A DNA stretch of 64,000 nucleotides from Paraspadella gotoi (taxonomy: Eukaryota; Animalia; Chaetognatha). The notes beneath the pieces were generated by a model that ran no database searches, was not told where the DNA came from, and saw only the letters and a program-made list of their open reading frames with translations. Where the stretch lies: the NCBI GenBank assembly GCA_051294375.1, contig CM119269.1:2770026-2834025 (forward strand). The letters run 5' to 3'. Shown here piece after piece: positions 12,406-43,262 of this stretch. A program made the position numbers and the translations under genes. Each line of letters starts with the position of its first letter. Position 1 is the first letter of the stretch.

Positions 12406-15395
12406 AAAGACAGAGAGAGAGAGAGAGAGAGAGATAATAGGACAGCAGAGTGAGAGATAACAGAGAGAGACAGAGATTAGATAGAGAGAGAGAGAGATAG
12501 ACAGAGAGAGTGAGACAGAGAGAAACAGAGAGAGAGAAAATCATGAATTTGTTGTTCTCTCCGTTATTTCAAAAATAAAACGAAATTGCTTTTGGGTAAA
12601 AAACGATAAAGATTGAAATGGATCCAATTATGTTTTTATTTCTCCAATCTGTCTCGCTTCCCCCTGCGGTTTAAGCTATTTTTAACTTCAGTTCCTATAT
12701 CTTTTTCCATTTATTTTTAATCCTCGAGTATATTTTTAAAAGCCGAGATCAATGGCCGCCGAGTTATTTAGATTCATGTCCGTCCGGTGTTCTGATCGAA
12801 TTTCCTCCTCTTAAGATATTTCGCTCACGTTTTTCTATTCGGTGATTTTCGACGATACGGACAAAGAACATGAAGATATACTTTGTTATTTGCATAAGGT
12901 GACCGACCATTATGCCGGATAAAAATAAGTAGTAGTGAATTTCACTGAGCGACTGATTGACTGACTGATTGATCGATCGTCGAAATCCTCCGCGAAGGGA
13001 AGCTTCGACCCTTGAGGACCTAATCGTCTCTCTTATCTCGGGGAAAAATCAGTCGCCCCAGCGAAAAAATTTCACCTCATCAATCAATTTGAGGGGAAAC
13101 TCGTCTGCGTCCCAGGGTCACGCTCTCCCCATCATCACCTCTCTCTCTCTCTCTCTCTCTNNNNNNNNNNNNNNNNNNNNNNNNNNNNNNNNNNNNNNNN
13201 NNNNNNNNNNNNNNNNNNNNNNNNNNNNNNNNNNNNNNNNNNNNNNNNNNNNNNNNNNNNNNNNNNNNNNNNNNNNNNNNNNNNNNNNNNNNNNNNNNNN
13301 NNNNNNNNNNNNNNNNNNNNNNNNNNNNNNNNNNNNNNNNNNNNNNNNNNNNNNNNNNNNNNNNNNNNNNNNNNNNNNNNNNNNNNNNNNNNNNNNNNNN
13401 NNNNNNNNNNNNNNNNNNNNNNNNNNNNNNNNNNNNNNNNNNNNNNNNNNNNNNNNNNNNNNNNNNNNNNNNNNNNNNNNNNNNNNNNNNNNNNNNNNNN
13501 NNNNNNNNNNNNNNNNNNNNNNNNNNNNNNNNNNNNNNNNNNNNNNNNNNNNNNNNNNNNNNNNNNNNNNNNNNNNNNNNNNNNNNNNNNNNNNNNNNNN
13601 NNNNNNNNNNNNNNNNNNNNNNNNNNNNNNNNNNNNNNNNNNNNNNNNNNNNNNNNNNNNNNNNNNNNNNNNNNNNNNNNNNNNNNNNNNNNNNNNNNNN
13701 NNNNNNNNNNNNNNNNNNNNNNNNNNNNNNNNNNNNNNNNNNNNNNNNNNNNNNNNNNNNNNNNNNNNNNNNNNNNNNNNNNNNNNNNNNNNNNNNNNNN
13801 NNNNNNNNNNNNNNNNNNNNNNNNNNNNNNNNNNNNNNNNNNNNNNNNNGAAAGAAAGAAAGAAAGAAAGAAAGAAAGACAGGAAAAGAAAGAGAGGAAA
13901 ACAAGAGCCAAGAAAAAGAACTGATCCTCTGAAGTTGGAAGGCCTAAAAGTCTCCAGCATTCATCGGAGGCCAGTCTATGGTGGGATGGCAGCTTGAGTG
14001 TCAGCGAAGATGCAAATTCCACGACACGTGATTATCATAATTGATAACCAAAGGCGACCCGTCTCTCCTTTCATTCATTTCGACTCCAGTTATGCAAAAA
14101 AATTCTTCTTCTCAGTCGTTGGGAAAAAAAAAGGGAAAAAAATTCTTTGGCGGGAAAGAGCTTCGAAACGGGACTGTCTCCCTGGCTAACGTAAAGTTTA
14201 GACAACTTATCCCATTTACGTAAAACCCAAGAGTTTCTGATAAAAAATTACAGAGAGCTAAAAGAACAATCTTTGCCAACGGGAAACCAAGCAAAAAAAA
14301 ATACATGAGGGAATAAAATNNNNNNNNNNNNNNNNNNNNNNNNNNNNNNNNNNNNNNNNNNNNNNNNNNNNNNNNNNNNNNNNNNNNNNNNNNNNNNNNN
14401 NNNNNNNNNNNNNNNNNNNNNNNNNNNNNNNNNNNNNNNNNNNNNNNNNNNNNNNNNNNNNNNNNNNNNNNNNNNNNNNNNNNNNNNNNNNNNNNNNNNN
14501 NNNNNNNNNNNNNNNNNNNNNNNNNNNACTTCCACCCTACACCCTCCCCCCCTTTTTCCTTGTTCTAAAAAAAGGAGACTAATTCTCTCAGTCTCGAGCT
14601 TTTTCCGCCTTTTCATGTTTTCAATTTTCTAAGAATTGTAAAGTTGAAAAAGGAACAAAGTTTAACGCGCGAAATGACTGAAAAAAGCCGAGATTTCCTC
14701 ATTCTCTATTCTTTCCTTTAATTTTCTTTCTTTTTTTTTTACTTTTTTTTTCGTTTAAATTAGTTTCTATTCTTATGTACTTTCTTTTTTGTAATTTTTC
14801 TTTCTGTTATATAAGTTTTTACTAACTTTTCTATCCGTAAGATTCAGTTGTTTTTTTTTTCTTCGTAATAGTTTAAAGTTCACTCTATTCATTGTACTAC
14901 TCCCCCCCTCCTTTTTTTTATACGATTCCCTTTTTTTTTTTAATTCAGTATCGCCAGCTGACGGAGATTCCACGCGTCGACTCGTTTAGTCTCTCTCCCT
15001 CTCGATCGTTCGTCCGCGTCGTCGTCGTCGTCGTCGTCGACGTCGGCGAAGGATTTCCTGCGGACGAGATGAAGCGAAGCCGGCGTCGAAAGGGCGGTCA
15101 CGCGGTCCGATCGACGCCAGAAACATAAATCAAAAGAGCAACGGAACTACTTTTCGTCGTCGAGAAATCTTTTATCGAGCAAAATAAAGCAAAATCTAAG
15201 AAAAAGCAAATATATTTATTTTTTTACAAAAAAAAAAAAAAAATGAGCGAAAGTAAAATCGAAATGAGCGACGAGATTCAAGAAGAACGACGACGACGAC
15301 GACGACGACGACGACGNNNNNNNNNNNNNNNNNNNNNNNNNCATGGAAGTGGGATGAAAGTGAATAAGACTGAGTATTTCTCGTCGTTCTCATCT

Positions 15396-15448
<53 letters not shown>

Positions 15449-15826
15449 CCTCTCTCTCACCTACCAGCCTTAAGCTCTCCCCAGCGGGATCCGGGCCGGG
15501 GTCCCCCCTTTCGGCCCTTTCAACCTTCTCTTATTCGCAAAAGGTTCACGATTCATTCAGCAGCCTGTAACACGGTCCTCCTTCACTCAAACACCTGGAG
15601 GCAAAAAGAAAGACTCACGGCGCTGTACAAGGTAGCCATCATCTGTCCGCTGCACTACCTCCTTACTCTGTCTTCCTTCTTCCTCTCTGCGCTCCGAACC
15701 ACCGGACGCCGTTCCCGGATATTCCGCTTCGGGGCTCCGGATTCCATCCATAATCATTTCCTAAGTTGAGCCAATCAGTGATTTTGTTCGGCAAAAACAT
15801 TCGACTGATTGCAAGTTTATTTTGTC

Positions 15827-16065
15827 AGTCCATCGCTGACGCCAAAAGTGACTCCTATCGCTGAGTTCAGCCAAACTGCGAATTCTCTTGGTTTCACTCG
15901 ATCATGCAATCTGAACAGTGAGATTCGATTCAGTGAACGCGTGACTTTAATCGCCGCATTTCCATTCGCTTATTATTCAATGACTATTGAGTTTTAGATT
16001 CGTGTCTCACTGCTCAGATTGCATGCTCGAGTGAATCCACTCACTTTTGGCCTCACCGATGTACT
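15827..16065. mobile_element. Foldback / MITE-like element with nested imperfect inverted repeats
   Basis: 15827-15851 pairs with 16041-16065 (3 mismatches) and 15893-15923 pairs with 16006-16036 (2 mismatches); no coding capacity. Confidence 0.55.
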
Positions 16066-17116
16066 AAATTAGATGAGACTTAAATGGTCAAATTAGCAAC
16101 TTATTTTATAAAACTTTAATTTTCCGATACTTCAGTCTACTAGACTAGAGTTTAGTTTAAAAAGTTAAAACATGACGATTTTAAAGAAAGCCGGAATTAA
16201 GACATAAAAGATATTAAACATAAACTCCGTTTGAATATAAATCAAACTTTTTTATTAATAAACTTCAAAGAGTTTAGGACTTATTAAAAGGCGTTTCGTG
16301 TCATTAAATACAACATTTGACATTCCAAGACGCGGATTTCCTCATAGCCGCCGGACGCAGCTGCTCAAGATTTATTCGCAAGTTCGAAATTAACGAGAGC
16401 GAAGGAAGCTTGCCAAAGATTTTTCATCGAAAGCCATGATTATATTGTGTAACTGTATATTATATTCTATATATTTTATATTTATATTTTATATTTTATA
16501 TTACGACTCGTTTTCTTTTATGTCCGTGAATATCTCCGTCACCATTAATAACCTTTAAAGATTTAGTTTTTTATCTATTGGCTCTCTATGTCTCCACTTG
16601 GTTGCAATTGACCTAGGACAGTCATGATTTTCTTTTTTTTTCGTGTCTCTGACTCGCACCGCCGCTTTCAGTCCCAAGACCTTACCCTAGCAATATCCTC
16701 ACCCTCATGTAATTTTTTAAACTTTTTCAGATTAGGGAAACATCTCTATGTCGAATCACAGGAAATAGTATTTATAAAAATTTTAAGGTCAAATCGAAAA
16801 CAAACAAAAAATTTTTTCTCTGTAACCCCATTACAACAAAAAAAAATAAAGTTTATCATTTTATATATATATCAATTTATATCAACTTTTTATATAATTT
16901 TGAATCTCCTCTCTGTTGTTCGAAAGCTTCATGCTATTTCACGATTTGCGCAAATACTTCGCTTTGGCAATCATTGTTAAAAATAAGGAATGAAAGGTCA
17001 AAAAAAGATTAATCCCGGTGTAAGTAGGAAGGTTTGGAAACGGAAGGAAAAGAGAAATAAAATAAAATGGAGGATTTAAAGGGAGAGAGAGNNNNNNNNN
17101 NNNNNNNNNNNNNNNN

Positions 17117-20100
17117 CTCCTGGTTCGGTACACTCGATGCGGCACGTCCCAACTCGCCGTTCAAGAACAATTCTCTCTTTCGGTTTTCCCTGACGAAGTA
17201 TCCCACGGTCTCGTCACGGCCCTTGAACGAAGGGAGGTGGCAACCGGGAAGATTACGTGAATTTTTCCTCGACGCTCGGAATCGAAGCCTGAATCCGTAT
17301 GAGGCCCTCAAAAACACGCCTACTTGAGCCATACAAACCGACGTAAGAGCGGAATCGGGCCGGAGTAAGTTCGATTTCCTCTAACAAATTCTGTGGTGGC
17401 AAACACCCCCGGGATTTTCTCACCGGCATCTCGCCCTCGCAGAGGGTTGGACATGCGACGACCTGCTAACCGGGCTCTCACCGCTGAAAGCCCTTCCCCT
17501 CCAAAAGGTTGCCGTCGTTGTTCACTCAGTCAACGCCCGGCGAGCTGAAGTGATTCGCCAAGGCGGCGGCGAAATAATTTCGACGGCCGATGGCCACCCA
17601 ATGGTCAACGAGGTCGCTGATGTCCCGACGCCGGCGCTGGCTCGGACCCCCGCGATGCCCGGTCAAGGGTCAACTCGCGACGGTCTGACGGCGGAAAAGA
17701 GTGCCCAGACTGTTTCGCAGGCCTGAGCGGCATGGACATTGCTGGTTATGCAATCGCAAGTTCCGGCGAAGGAGCTCCGCGTGCAAACCGCCTCCGTGCA
17801 CACAAGGCCGGCGACAAGGAAGATCAAGCCGGGAAACGCCCGAGCCGGGGCAATGAGCATGTCGGTCGGCGTATCTCATCTCTCTGCTCCGGTCCGGGAT
17901 TAATACTCCGGCCTCGAGTTTTCGCGACTCAACGCGGTGCCGAGGTCAAGTCATTTTGCCCGGCCCGCCTGGGATAAGGCCAACCGGGGGACCTCGACGC
18001 CGCTACGAGCGGCGAATGGGTCCTCATCTTCTCCGCCTCGGATCAAGGACCATGACTCTACGTCTCTCGAGTAACTTAGTTTGGCCGTTTTGTCAGTAGT
18101 CCGACGTGACGCGGCGAATTTTGGGCGCCGATTTCCTCCGTAGCCCATGGTCTCCTAGTCGAATCAGTGGCCACAAGAGGCTCGTCGAGGCACGACGTTC
18201 GAACGATCTCTCGCTGCGCGGCCAACCGCCGCTCGCCTACGACCGGGTCCACGTCCCGCCCGGAGGTGGAACAATGTCTTTCCATCAACTGCTCGACGAT
18301 TGGCCCCTGAACTGATCTCGACGCCCACTTTCTCGTCCGCTCCGCGCCGGGTCCATGGCGTGGTCCATAATATTCCCGACCTCCAAGGTCATCAGTTTTC
18401 CGCGAGAGCAAGGCGTCTGTCTCGGAGAAGCTGGCGCGGCGAATGGCCGCAGTTCGCCGAATTTGGATGCGGCTGAGCATCGTCCGCTCCCATCGTCAAG
18501 CCATGGGCTTCGCTCCTTCACGTCGTGTCTAAAGCCGACGGCTGGTTTACCGCGCATGCGGCGTCAATTCCGCCGTCTGAACGCCGTGACGTCTCAAGGA
18601 CGACCGTTACCCGGTGAAGCATCTCCATGATTTCTTCCGCCGACTTGGCGGCGATGACCTTTTCAGCAAGATCGACCTTCTCTCAAGTTATCATCAGATA
18701 CCGGTGGCGCCTGAAACGTTCCAAAGACCGCGATCATCACTCCCTTTTGGGTCCTTATTGAATACCTAGCGGATGCCTTTCCCTGTCGCCTCTCTCCCTC
18801 TTGTCTTGCTCTCTTCTCTCTCTCTTTTCTCCTACTCTGACTAAAGAACGGGGCTCAGTGCCTCCAGCGTCTAATGGACTTCCGGTCTGCCGGGACTCCC
18901 CGGCGTGTTTTGTCTTGCTACTTGGATGACATCCTCCGTCTGCGTCGAGTGGACGTCAATCCAACACGAAGTCGCATCTGCGCGGGCTTTCTTCGAGCCG
19001 TCTGGTACAACATGGTCTCGTCGTCAAAGAAAGGAGAAATGCCCGTTTTCGGCGTGCCATCCTTGGACTTCCTCGCATAGGGAATTGACGCAAAGAAAGG
19101 GGGTGGAGGCCGCTGCCTCGAAGGTGGCGGCTATCCGCAGCCTTTTCCGCGCCCACGCGTCAATCAAAGGCCTCCAAAGGTCCTCGGTGCTCAATTTTTT
19201 TTTCAATACAAATCGGCTTTATTCTTCTGCCGGCCTTCCGACAGTATGGCGCCTCTTTACGACGGCGCTCCGAGGCCGCCCCCCAACCGAAAGACTGTGG
19301 ATTGAGACACCTAGTAGAGGATCGGTCTCCGCTTTTGAGACTGTTCTAAAGCGAAGCCCGTACAGTCTGCCGCATGCCCACAATGCCTCACACATTCGAA
19401 GGTGGAAATTTAAAAGATCGACGAAGCGAAAAGGGAGAAAAAATTTTCCAGATGAATGAAATTCAATCGACGATCGCTTTTGAAAGTGGATGTCATTAGA
19501 GGGCGACACCCCAGTGAGCTCTGCCGTCTCTCGCTCGCTCACGCAGCCTCTTCTCGTCTTCTCCTCTCCTCACAGTCGACATGCTTCTTGATCCATCTTC
19601 CGCCTATCCGCCGGCGTTTTCCTAAAAAGAACATAAGCCCGTTCCGGCGGGTCGTTTGAGGCGTCCTCCGTCTCTCTCTCTCTCTCTCTCTCCGCCGTCT
19701 CTGCTCGTCTCTCTGCTTTTCTCTCGAATCTTTTCGATCCGCATGCCAGGTCACTTTCCATCTCTCCTCTTGTCACATTTATCAGGGGCTTTTCTTTTCT
19801 CTTCTCTACTTTTATTCATTTTTCACCTGTGTCTCCTTCTCTCTCGTCTCTCGTCTCTCCCCGAACCGTTCGCATGACGGCAACCAACGCTAATCCTCCT
19901 TACGACCGGGAGCTCTTGGCGCGCACTTCGGCGCCGTCCGCCATTTCCGGTATTTTCTCGAGAGTCCCCCGTTCCTCACTCGCTATTTCACTCTCTCTCT
20001 CTCTCTTTGATTCTCTCCGAACTGTGAGTTTGGTTCCATCATTTCCCGAGCCGTTAGTTCGAAAACCGGCAAAAGCACGTCTGCCGACAGGCGCACATGC

Positions 20101-22200
20101 CAACTTGCGCCATCTCTGAGATATACGACGGAGCATTTCCGCCACCACGATCCACTTTCCACATCTCTCTCAATTACATTTTCCTTTTTTTCTTTCTCTA
20201 AGATTAATCATCCGTCTCTCTCTCCCTCTCTCTCTCGACTCTCTTCGTCGCAATCGTCATACCGTTCGCTCTCGTCTCTCTCTCTCGTCACCTCGGTCTA
20301 GCCTCTCGCGAGCTTCTCGTCTCTCTCGTCTCTCTCTCTCTCTCTCTCCTTTCTCCTCTCTCTCTCCTTCTCCCTCTCTCTCTCTCTCTTTCTCCTCGAA
20401 ATCCTTTTCGATCGCATCCACGTGAGCGTACGTCACTTCATTTCACCCATCAATCTGCTCCGTCGTTAATACGTATTCTGTGCTGGTGTGCGGGTACTGG
20501 CTTCGTTTTCATTTCTCTCTTGATGGCGCACGATCCGTCTCTCTCTCGCGATTCACGTCTCAAGCCGCCCTCGCGAGTTTAATCAGTCAATTTCACTCTC
20601 TCCGCCATTCTAAATTTTTAATTCCTCTCTATCTATTTATAAATGTCATCTCCACTATCTCATCAGATCCTCTCTCTCTTCTCTTTCTCGTCTTTCTTCG
20701 GATCTCTTGCGATACTTAACAATTCCTCTGTTTGTTGAACTTGATACTAAAATAGTGTCAATCAAAAACCATTTTTTCTTTTCCTCACGACCAAAAGACA
20801 GATCCCCGGTATGTACAGCGCTCCTTCGCGCTGGAGGACAGGCGTTAGTCCTGAAAGAAAGCTTCCCTCCGAGGCATCACAGTCATCTGCGGATGTCCGC
20901 GAACTTCGGCTCGTCGCCCGTTACCCGGTGGTACCATCGCCGCAATGGCGCCGGACGTTTTTGACGCCATTCACAAACTTATCTCATCCGGGAATCAAGA
21001 CGTCGAATCACTCGTCTTAAAAGATTTTGTCTGGCCCGGCGTCACCAAAAGAACGTCACCGGTTGGGCAAGCTGTGCCTGCGCCCAATGTCAAGGTCAAG
21101 AGTCGCGTCCACGCCTCCGGCGCCGCTCGAGAGTTTCCGCCCCGCCGGCAAGAAAGATCCAAACATGTTCATCGTGGAGTCTTGTCGGGCCGCTGCCCGT
21201 ATCTCGCGGCGCTCTTTCTCCTCACCGTGGTGTGACCGTTTCACACAACCCGCTGGCCAGGGCGTTGCCCTTGTGCTGCATGATCAGGGCGACGACGGGG
21301 TAGTGCACAGCCTTCCTCCATCGGGTGGGTCCGCTGCCGTTCGCGTCCCCACTTCACATAGTCCGGATCGCGGAGCTGCAGTTTCGTTTCCTGAGTGGTG
21401 GCGCCAACTGGCAGCCTCTCGGCGCCAACGGCTGTGCATCATAACGACATCTTAAATCACCCTCCCCAGAGATCCATACGGAATTTATGGTGGAGAGGTT
21501 TTCCACCGGGACCTTCAAGAAGCGTCGTCGCTTTCGCGCGCCAAGCTGTCTGGCGCCGATTGGGTTGACCAAGCTCGCCATTGGAGTCCTTCTGGGCCTC
21601 CGCTCTCAATTTCTGTCTACCCACAAGGCCGAACCTTAAGCATTCCCTCGCAGAGTTTGGTCTACGAGAAGATTGCTGGCGCTCACAGAGCCGGCCGATT
21701 CATCCCGGACACAGGCTACACTTCTGTTTCCATTTCTTGGTATTTTGGACGCGCGATGTCAACTGATAAAGTCCGCATGGGTATTGCTTAAAAGAATTGA
21801 CATCCTTTCTCTAGACACTCTCCGTTCCTGGCCCTCGCGCGCGCGAAATGGTACGCCTCGCTCTTTTCTCTCCTAGACTCTCTCACCGTCTTCCGACCGG
21901 CACCTCTCTTCTCCTTCCTCTCTCGCCGCACGCATGAATCTTCAATCGTCTCCTCTTCGTCTTCCCCCCAAAGAACTTCGGACGGCCTCTTCAAAAGTTG
22001 CCGTTTTTGTGTTGGTGCCCCGACCTCACGCGTGGCCCTCTAGCCAGTCTACGACCCCGTTCGAGGGTCGTCTCCCCGCTCTGCCCAAATTTTTTGTCCG
22101 GCCTCGACTTTGCCGGGACGCCTCGATAGTTCTCTGTGAACCCGCTCAAGCCGTTTTGTCGAAGACGCGAGGGCGCTCGCGACCATCCCCAAAAGCGGCG
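17117..22200 (+). mobile_element. Ty3/Gypsy LTR retrotransposon gag-pol, heavily frameshifted and interrupted
   Basis: Recognisable pieces in Gypsy order: gag (WFGTLDA...PYEALK, ~17120-17310); protease (AANGS, RILGADFL ~18005-18140); RT (SSPWAS.LHVV, FRRLNAVT, FSKIDL, KTAIITPFG, CYLDDIL at ~18917); RNase H (YDRELLA...AVRHFRYFLE ~19900-19960); integrase (FDAIH...HPGIK, FVWPGV, LLTVV, DRG, MVERFHR ~20950-21510). LTRs not identified. Confidence 0.88.
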
Positions 22201-22860
22201 CCTCCCGGCGTGGGCCGCGCCTCCACTCTCGCGCTCTCTATCGTCTCATCACAGCCGCAGACCGTCTGGCCGACGAGCCACGGCAGATCTCCTTCCTCGT
22301 CATCTCTCGTTCTCTCATGTCGGTTTCTCGTCTCGTCAGAGAAAGAAATTCTTTTCAATACTATTTCAGGTCAAATACCAAGAAATGAAAAAGACGTTAG
22401 AAGAAATGAAGCGAAAATCTCGGCCGACGAATTGTCAGGTGAGAAAAGAAAAAATGGTTTTTTGATTGTACATATNNNNNNNNNNNNNNNNNNNNNNNNN
22501 NNNNNNNNNNNNNNNNNNNNNNNNNNNNNNNNNNNNNNNAGGTGAGAAAAGAAAAAATGGTTTTTTGATTGGACATATTTTAGTATCAAGTTCACAAACA
22601 GAAAGAATGATAAAATATGAAGAGACCGAAAGAAAGACGGAGAAAGAGAGAGAGAGAGGATCTGATGAGATAGTGGAGATGACATTTATAAATATAGAAG
22701 GAATAAAAATTTAGGAATGGGAGAGAGTGAAATTGACTGATTAAACTCGAGGGCGCGAGAAATGATCGAGAGAGAGACGAATGATAAGAGAGAAATAAAA
22801 AAGAAAATGTAAGAGAGAGATGGAAAGTGACGTGGATGCGGATCGAAAAGGATTCGAGAG

Positions 22861-22894
<34 letters not shown>

Positions 22895-25118
22895 NNNNNN
22901 NNNNNNNNNNNNNNNNNNNNNNNNNNNNNNNNNNNNNNNNNNNNNNNNNNNNNNNNNNNNNNNNNNNNNNNNNNNNNNNNNNNNNNNNNNNNNNNNNNNN
23001 NNNNNNNNNNNNNNNNNNNNNNNNNNNNNNNNNNNNNNNNNNNNNNNNNNNNNNNNNNNNNNNNNNNNNNNNNNNNNNNNNNNNNNNNNNNNNNNNNNNN
23101 NNNNNNNNNNNNNNNNNNNNNNNNNNNNNNNNNNNNNNNNNNNNNNNNNNNNNNNNNNNNNNNNNNNNNNNNNNNNNNNNNNNNNNNNNNNNNNNNNNNN
23201 NNNNNNNNNNNNNNNNNNNNNNNNNNNNNNNNNNNNNNNNNNNNNNNNNNNNNNNNNNNNNNNNNNNNNNNNNNNNNNNNNNNNNNNNNNNNNNNNNNNN
23301 NNNNNNNNNNNNNNNNNNNNNNNNNNNNNNNNNNNNNNNNNNNNNNNNNNNNNNNNNNNNNNNNNNNNNNNNNNNNNNNNNNNNNNNNNNNNNNNNNNNN
23401 NNNNNNNNNNNNNNNNNNNNNNNNNNNNNNNNNNNNNNNNNNNNNNNNNNNNNNNNNNNNNNNNNNNNNNNNNNNNNNNNNNNNGAGAGAGAGAGAGAGA
23501 AAATATATAACAGAGTTTTAATCAAATTTTGTAGTTTTTCTTTTACTTTTAATTTTAATTTTCAAATGTTATTTTCAGTCTCAAACTTCAAACTTCAGCA
23601 TATTTTGAAAATTCGAACCAAAAAAAAAATTAAGAACCTCTAGGAGCTATTTCTCGCTATGAGAGAATAAGGGGACATCATGAATCTTCTTTCGGAAGTT
23701 GACTCGAGAGAGTTGAGAATAAAACCGTCGACACTTAATCTAATAGGAGATTCAGAAAAAAACATCATTATTTCCTCTCGAGTTTGACGGAATTTTTCTG
23801 TTTTCTTGAGACAATCAATCATCATCGTTTTTATGCTTTATATCGAATAAAAAAATTGTTAATTTTTCAATAATGTTGAAAGAAAAACAACCTTTGCTTA
23901 CTCGATCAAACTGACAGTCTTTCGCTCTTTTTTTTTCTTCGGGGAGAACTTACTTTTCAAATCCTAACTTCGTAGGCGTCAGAAAAACTGCGATGCAAGC
24001 AGTACTATTGAGATTCATTCATTGTGCCCTTTCCCTGGCCTCTTTTTCCCCCTCTCCCTTTCTCGTCATCATCATCCACGAATCTCAACTTCTTTTTTCT
24101 TTACATTTTTTCTTTCCTTTTTTTTGTATTTTTTTCTTTCTTTTTCATTCCTTCTTTCCTCTTTTTTCCTTCATTCCCTTTCTTCGTTCCTCCTTTACAT
24201 TTTCCTCCATTCTTAAAAATCACAACAATCGTTCCCCGTTTCATTCGTAAATCATCCGCCGAATGTCGCATATCGCGCCCATCGATAGACCCATTTCGCT
24301 CTACCCCTGTGTTCANNNNNNNNNNNNNNNNNNNNNNNNNNNNNNNNNNNNNNNNNNNNNNNNNNNNNNNNNNNNNNNNNNNNNNNNNNNNNNNNNNNNN
24401 NNNNNNNNNNNNNNNNNNNNNNNNNNNNNNNNNNNNNNNNNNNNNNNNNNNNNNNNNNNNNNNNNNNNNNNNNNNNNNNNNNNNNNNNNNNNNNNNNNNN
24501 NNNNNNNNNNNNNNNNNNNNNNNNNNNNNNNNNNNNNNNNNNNNNNNNNNNNNNNNNNNNNNNNNNNNNNNNNNNNNNNNNNNNNNNNNNNNNNNNNNNN
24601 NNNNNNNNNNNNNNNNNNNNNNNNNNNNNNNNNNNNNNNNNNNNNNNNNNNNNNNNNNNNNNNNNNNNNNNNNNNNNNNNNNNNNNNNNNNNNNNNNNNN
24701 NNNNNNNNNNNNNNNNNNNNNNNNNNNNNNNNNNNNNNNNNNGACCCTCCGCGCTCCGTCGTTGGCTTCTCCTTCTGTGAGACATTTCGTGGCGTCATTT
24801 GTTAACCGGCGACCTTTACCTGCCTAATGTAACGCTCTCGCTTCCGTTTCTGGCCTCACGTTTCTGATTATTTATGATAATATGTTTTATATTTTTGGTT
24901 TAACTTTTTATGAGAAATCTGAATCTTTAATAAAAATTATTAAAAAAATTATTTTGAAAATTTCTTACTTTATAAGGATAAGACTAAAAATGTATTGTAT
25001 TTTGCTATTCTGTTCCCGAAACAATATTAACAAAATACTTTTTGTATTTAATAATCATACTATTTTGCATAAAATTGATTCAAATCAAATTTTTGTTCTC
25101 AAGTGCTCCACACTAACT

Positions 25119-25349
25119 GATAAGGCACGAAGTGGGCTGAAGACTACTATCCGTTTCTGTGCCACTTCAGCAGCAATGGAACGGGTCCTGGGCTTGGAAC
25201 CAGGCTTGAGGGTTTTTCAGGCCCCTAAGGATGTTTCCGGCCGTCCTCACGCTTCCCTCAGACTAGACACTATCGGGGATCGATCCCGTTACTTAACGGT
25301 CATGAGCAGATGATATTACTCAATGAGCCACCGGGTCACGTCTGAAGGT
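25119..25349 (-). mobile_element. tRNA-derived interspersed repeat (SINE-like or eroded solo LTR), same family as 52329-52594
   Basis: Minus strand has an A-box-like TGGCTCATTGAG, an anticodon-like CTCATGA and a B-box-like GGATCGATCCC. It shares ACTACTATCCG and GGGTCCTGGGCTTGGAACCAGG blocks (plus strand) with the 52.4 kb copy. Confidence 0.65.
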
Positions 25350-25469
25350 TCCTTGCTTATTAAAGGCTTATTAAAGGCGTTTCAAATGTCGTCTCTAGTC
25401 TCTACCACTTTCTCTCTCCCTCAAATTCCACTCTAACCACCCCGACCTCCACTCCCTCCATTCCCTCAG

Positions 25470-42458
<16,989 letters not shown>

Positions 42459-42665
42459 AGAACAAAATACGAGAGAATTTATGGAAAACAAAAGGCGCGT
42501 CGACGTGATCAATCATCGCGAAAACGATTGGGGTCTTTGCAAAGTCACTTCTTTCTCTTAATTTAACTCTTTTTTTTTTCGCTTCTTCTCTAGTCATCGC
42601 TCTATTTTTAGACTTCGCTCTCAATAAACGGTAGAACAATTTAGCGTCGGTATTTGTCTTTCTGT

Positions 42666-43105
42666 TTATGCGAGTGTGAGACAGAGAGTGAGTGGGAGAG
42701 AAGGAGAGACAGAAAGAGAGAGGAGAATTTTTGTCTAAACGAGGAAAAGAGAAAGCCAAGGAGAGGAGGAAGAAAAAAAAAAGAAGATTGGCTTTTTGTT
42801 TTCGGTTTATCGCGTAATTTTATCGCGGACCTCTCCACCATCCACGGCGACGTTTGAGGGGACAAAAAAAAATGGGTTGATTACCGCGAGATGGGATGGA
42901 ACGAAACTGCGCGGATAAAATTAGAGTGGAAACTACAACAGGAATAGTTTTCTAAGCAAGGAAACGCTCAGGCTGAACCTATGCACTGCGGACCGGAACT
43001 CAGAAGCCATTTCGTCAAAAAAAAAAAATAACAAAAAAAAGGCGACGGTAATAATTTAAAACCAAAAAAAATTTGTATTATCGTAAGCATGGCTGACAAA
43101 AATTC
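42666..43105 (+). repeat. ~440-bp direct repeat, copy 1 (downstream of both the Syt-like gene and AOX)
   Basis: Matches 45407-45841 apart from a few small indels and substitutions. Confidence 0.9.
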
Positions 43106-43262
43106 AAATAATATTAGCTTAAAAAAACATACATTTATTAATTACTAAGTGATTCATCACAGCTCCACCTGTTTTTCTCAAGAAACGATCACGCAGTCTC
43201 GATCAGAAAGTAAGTAAACGCCACCATCCCTCCTCTTCTATCCAACTCCAAAATGACTCGGC

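Noticed and set aside
867-24827. Long ORFs in the track that are mostly X (e.g. 12969-13997, 22686-23525, 24024-24827)
   Set aside because: They are open only because they run through N-gaps.
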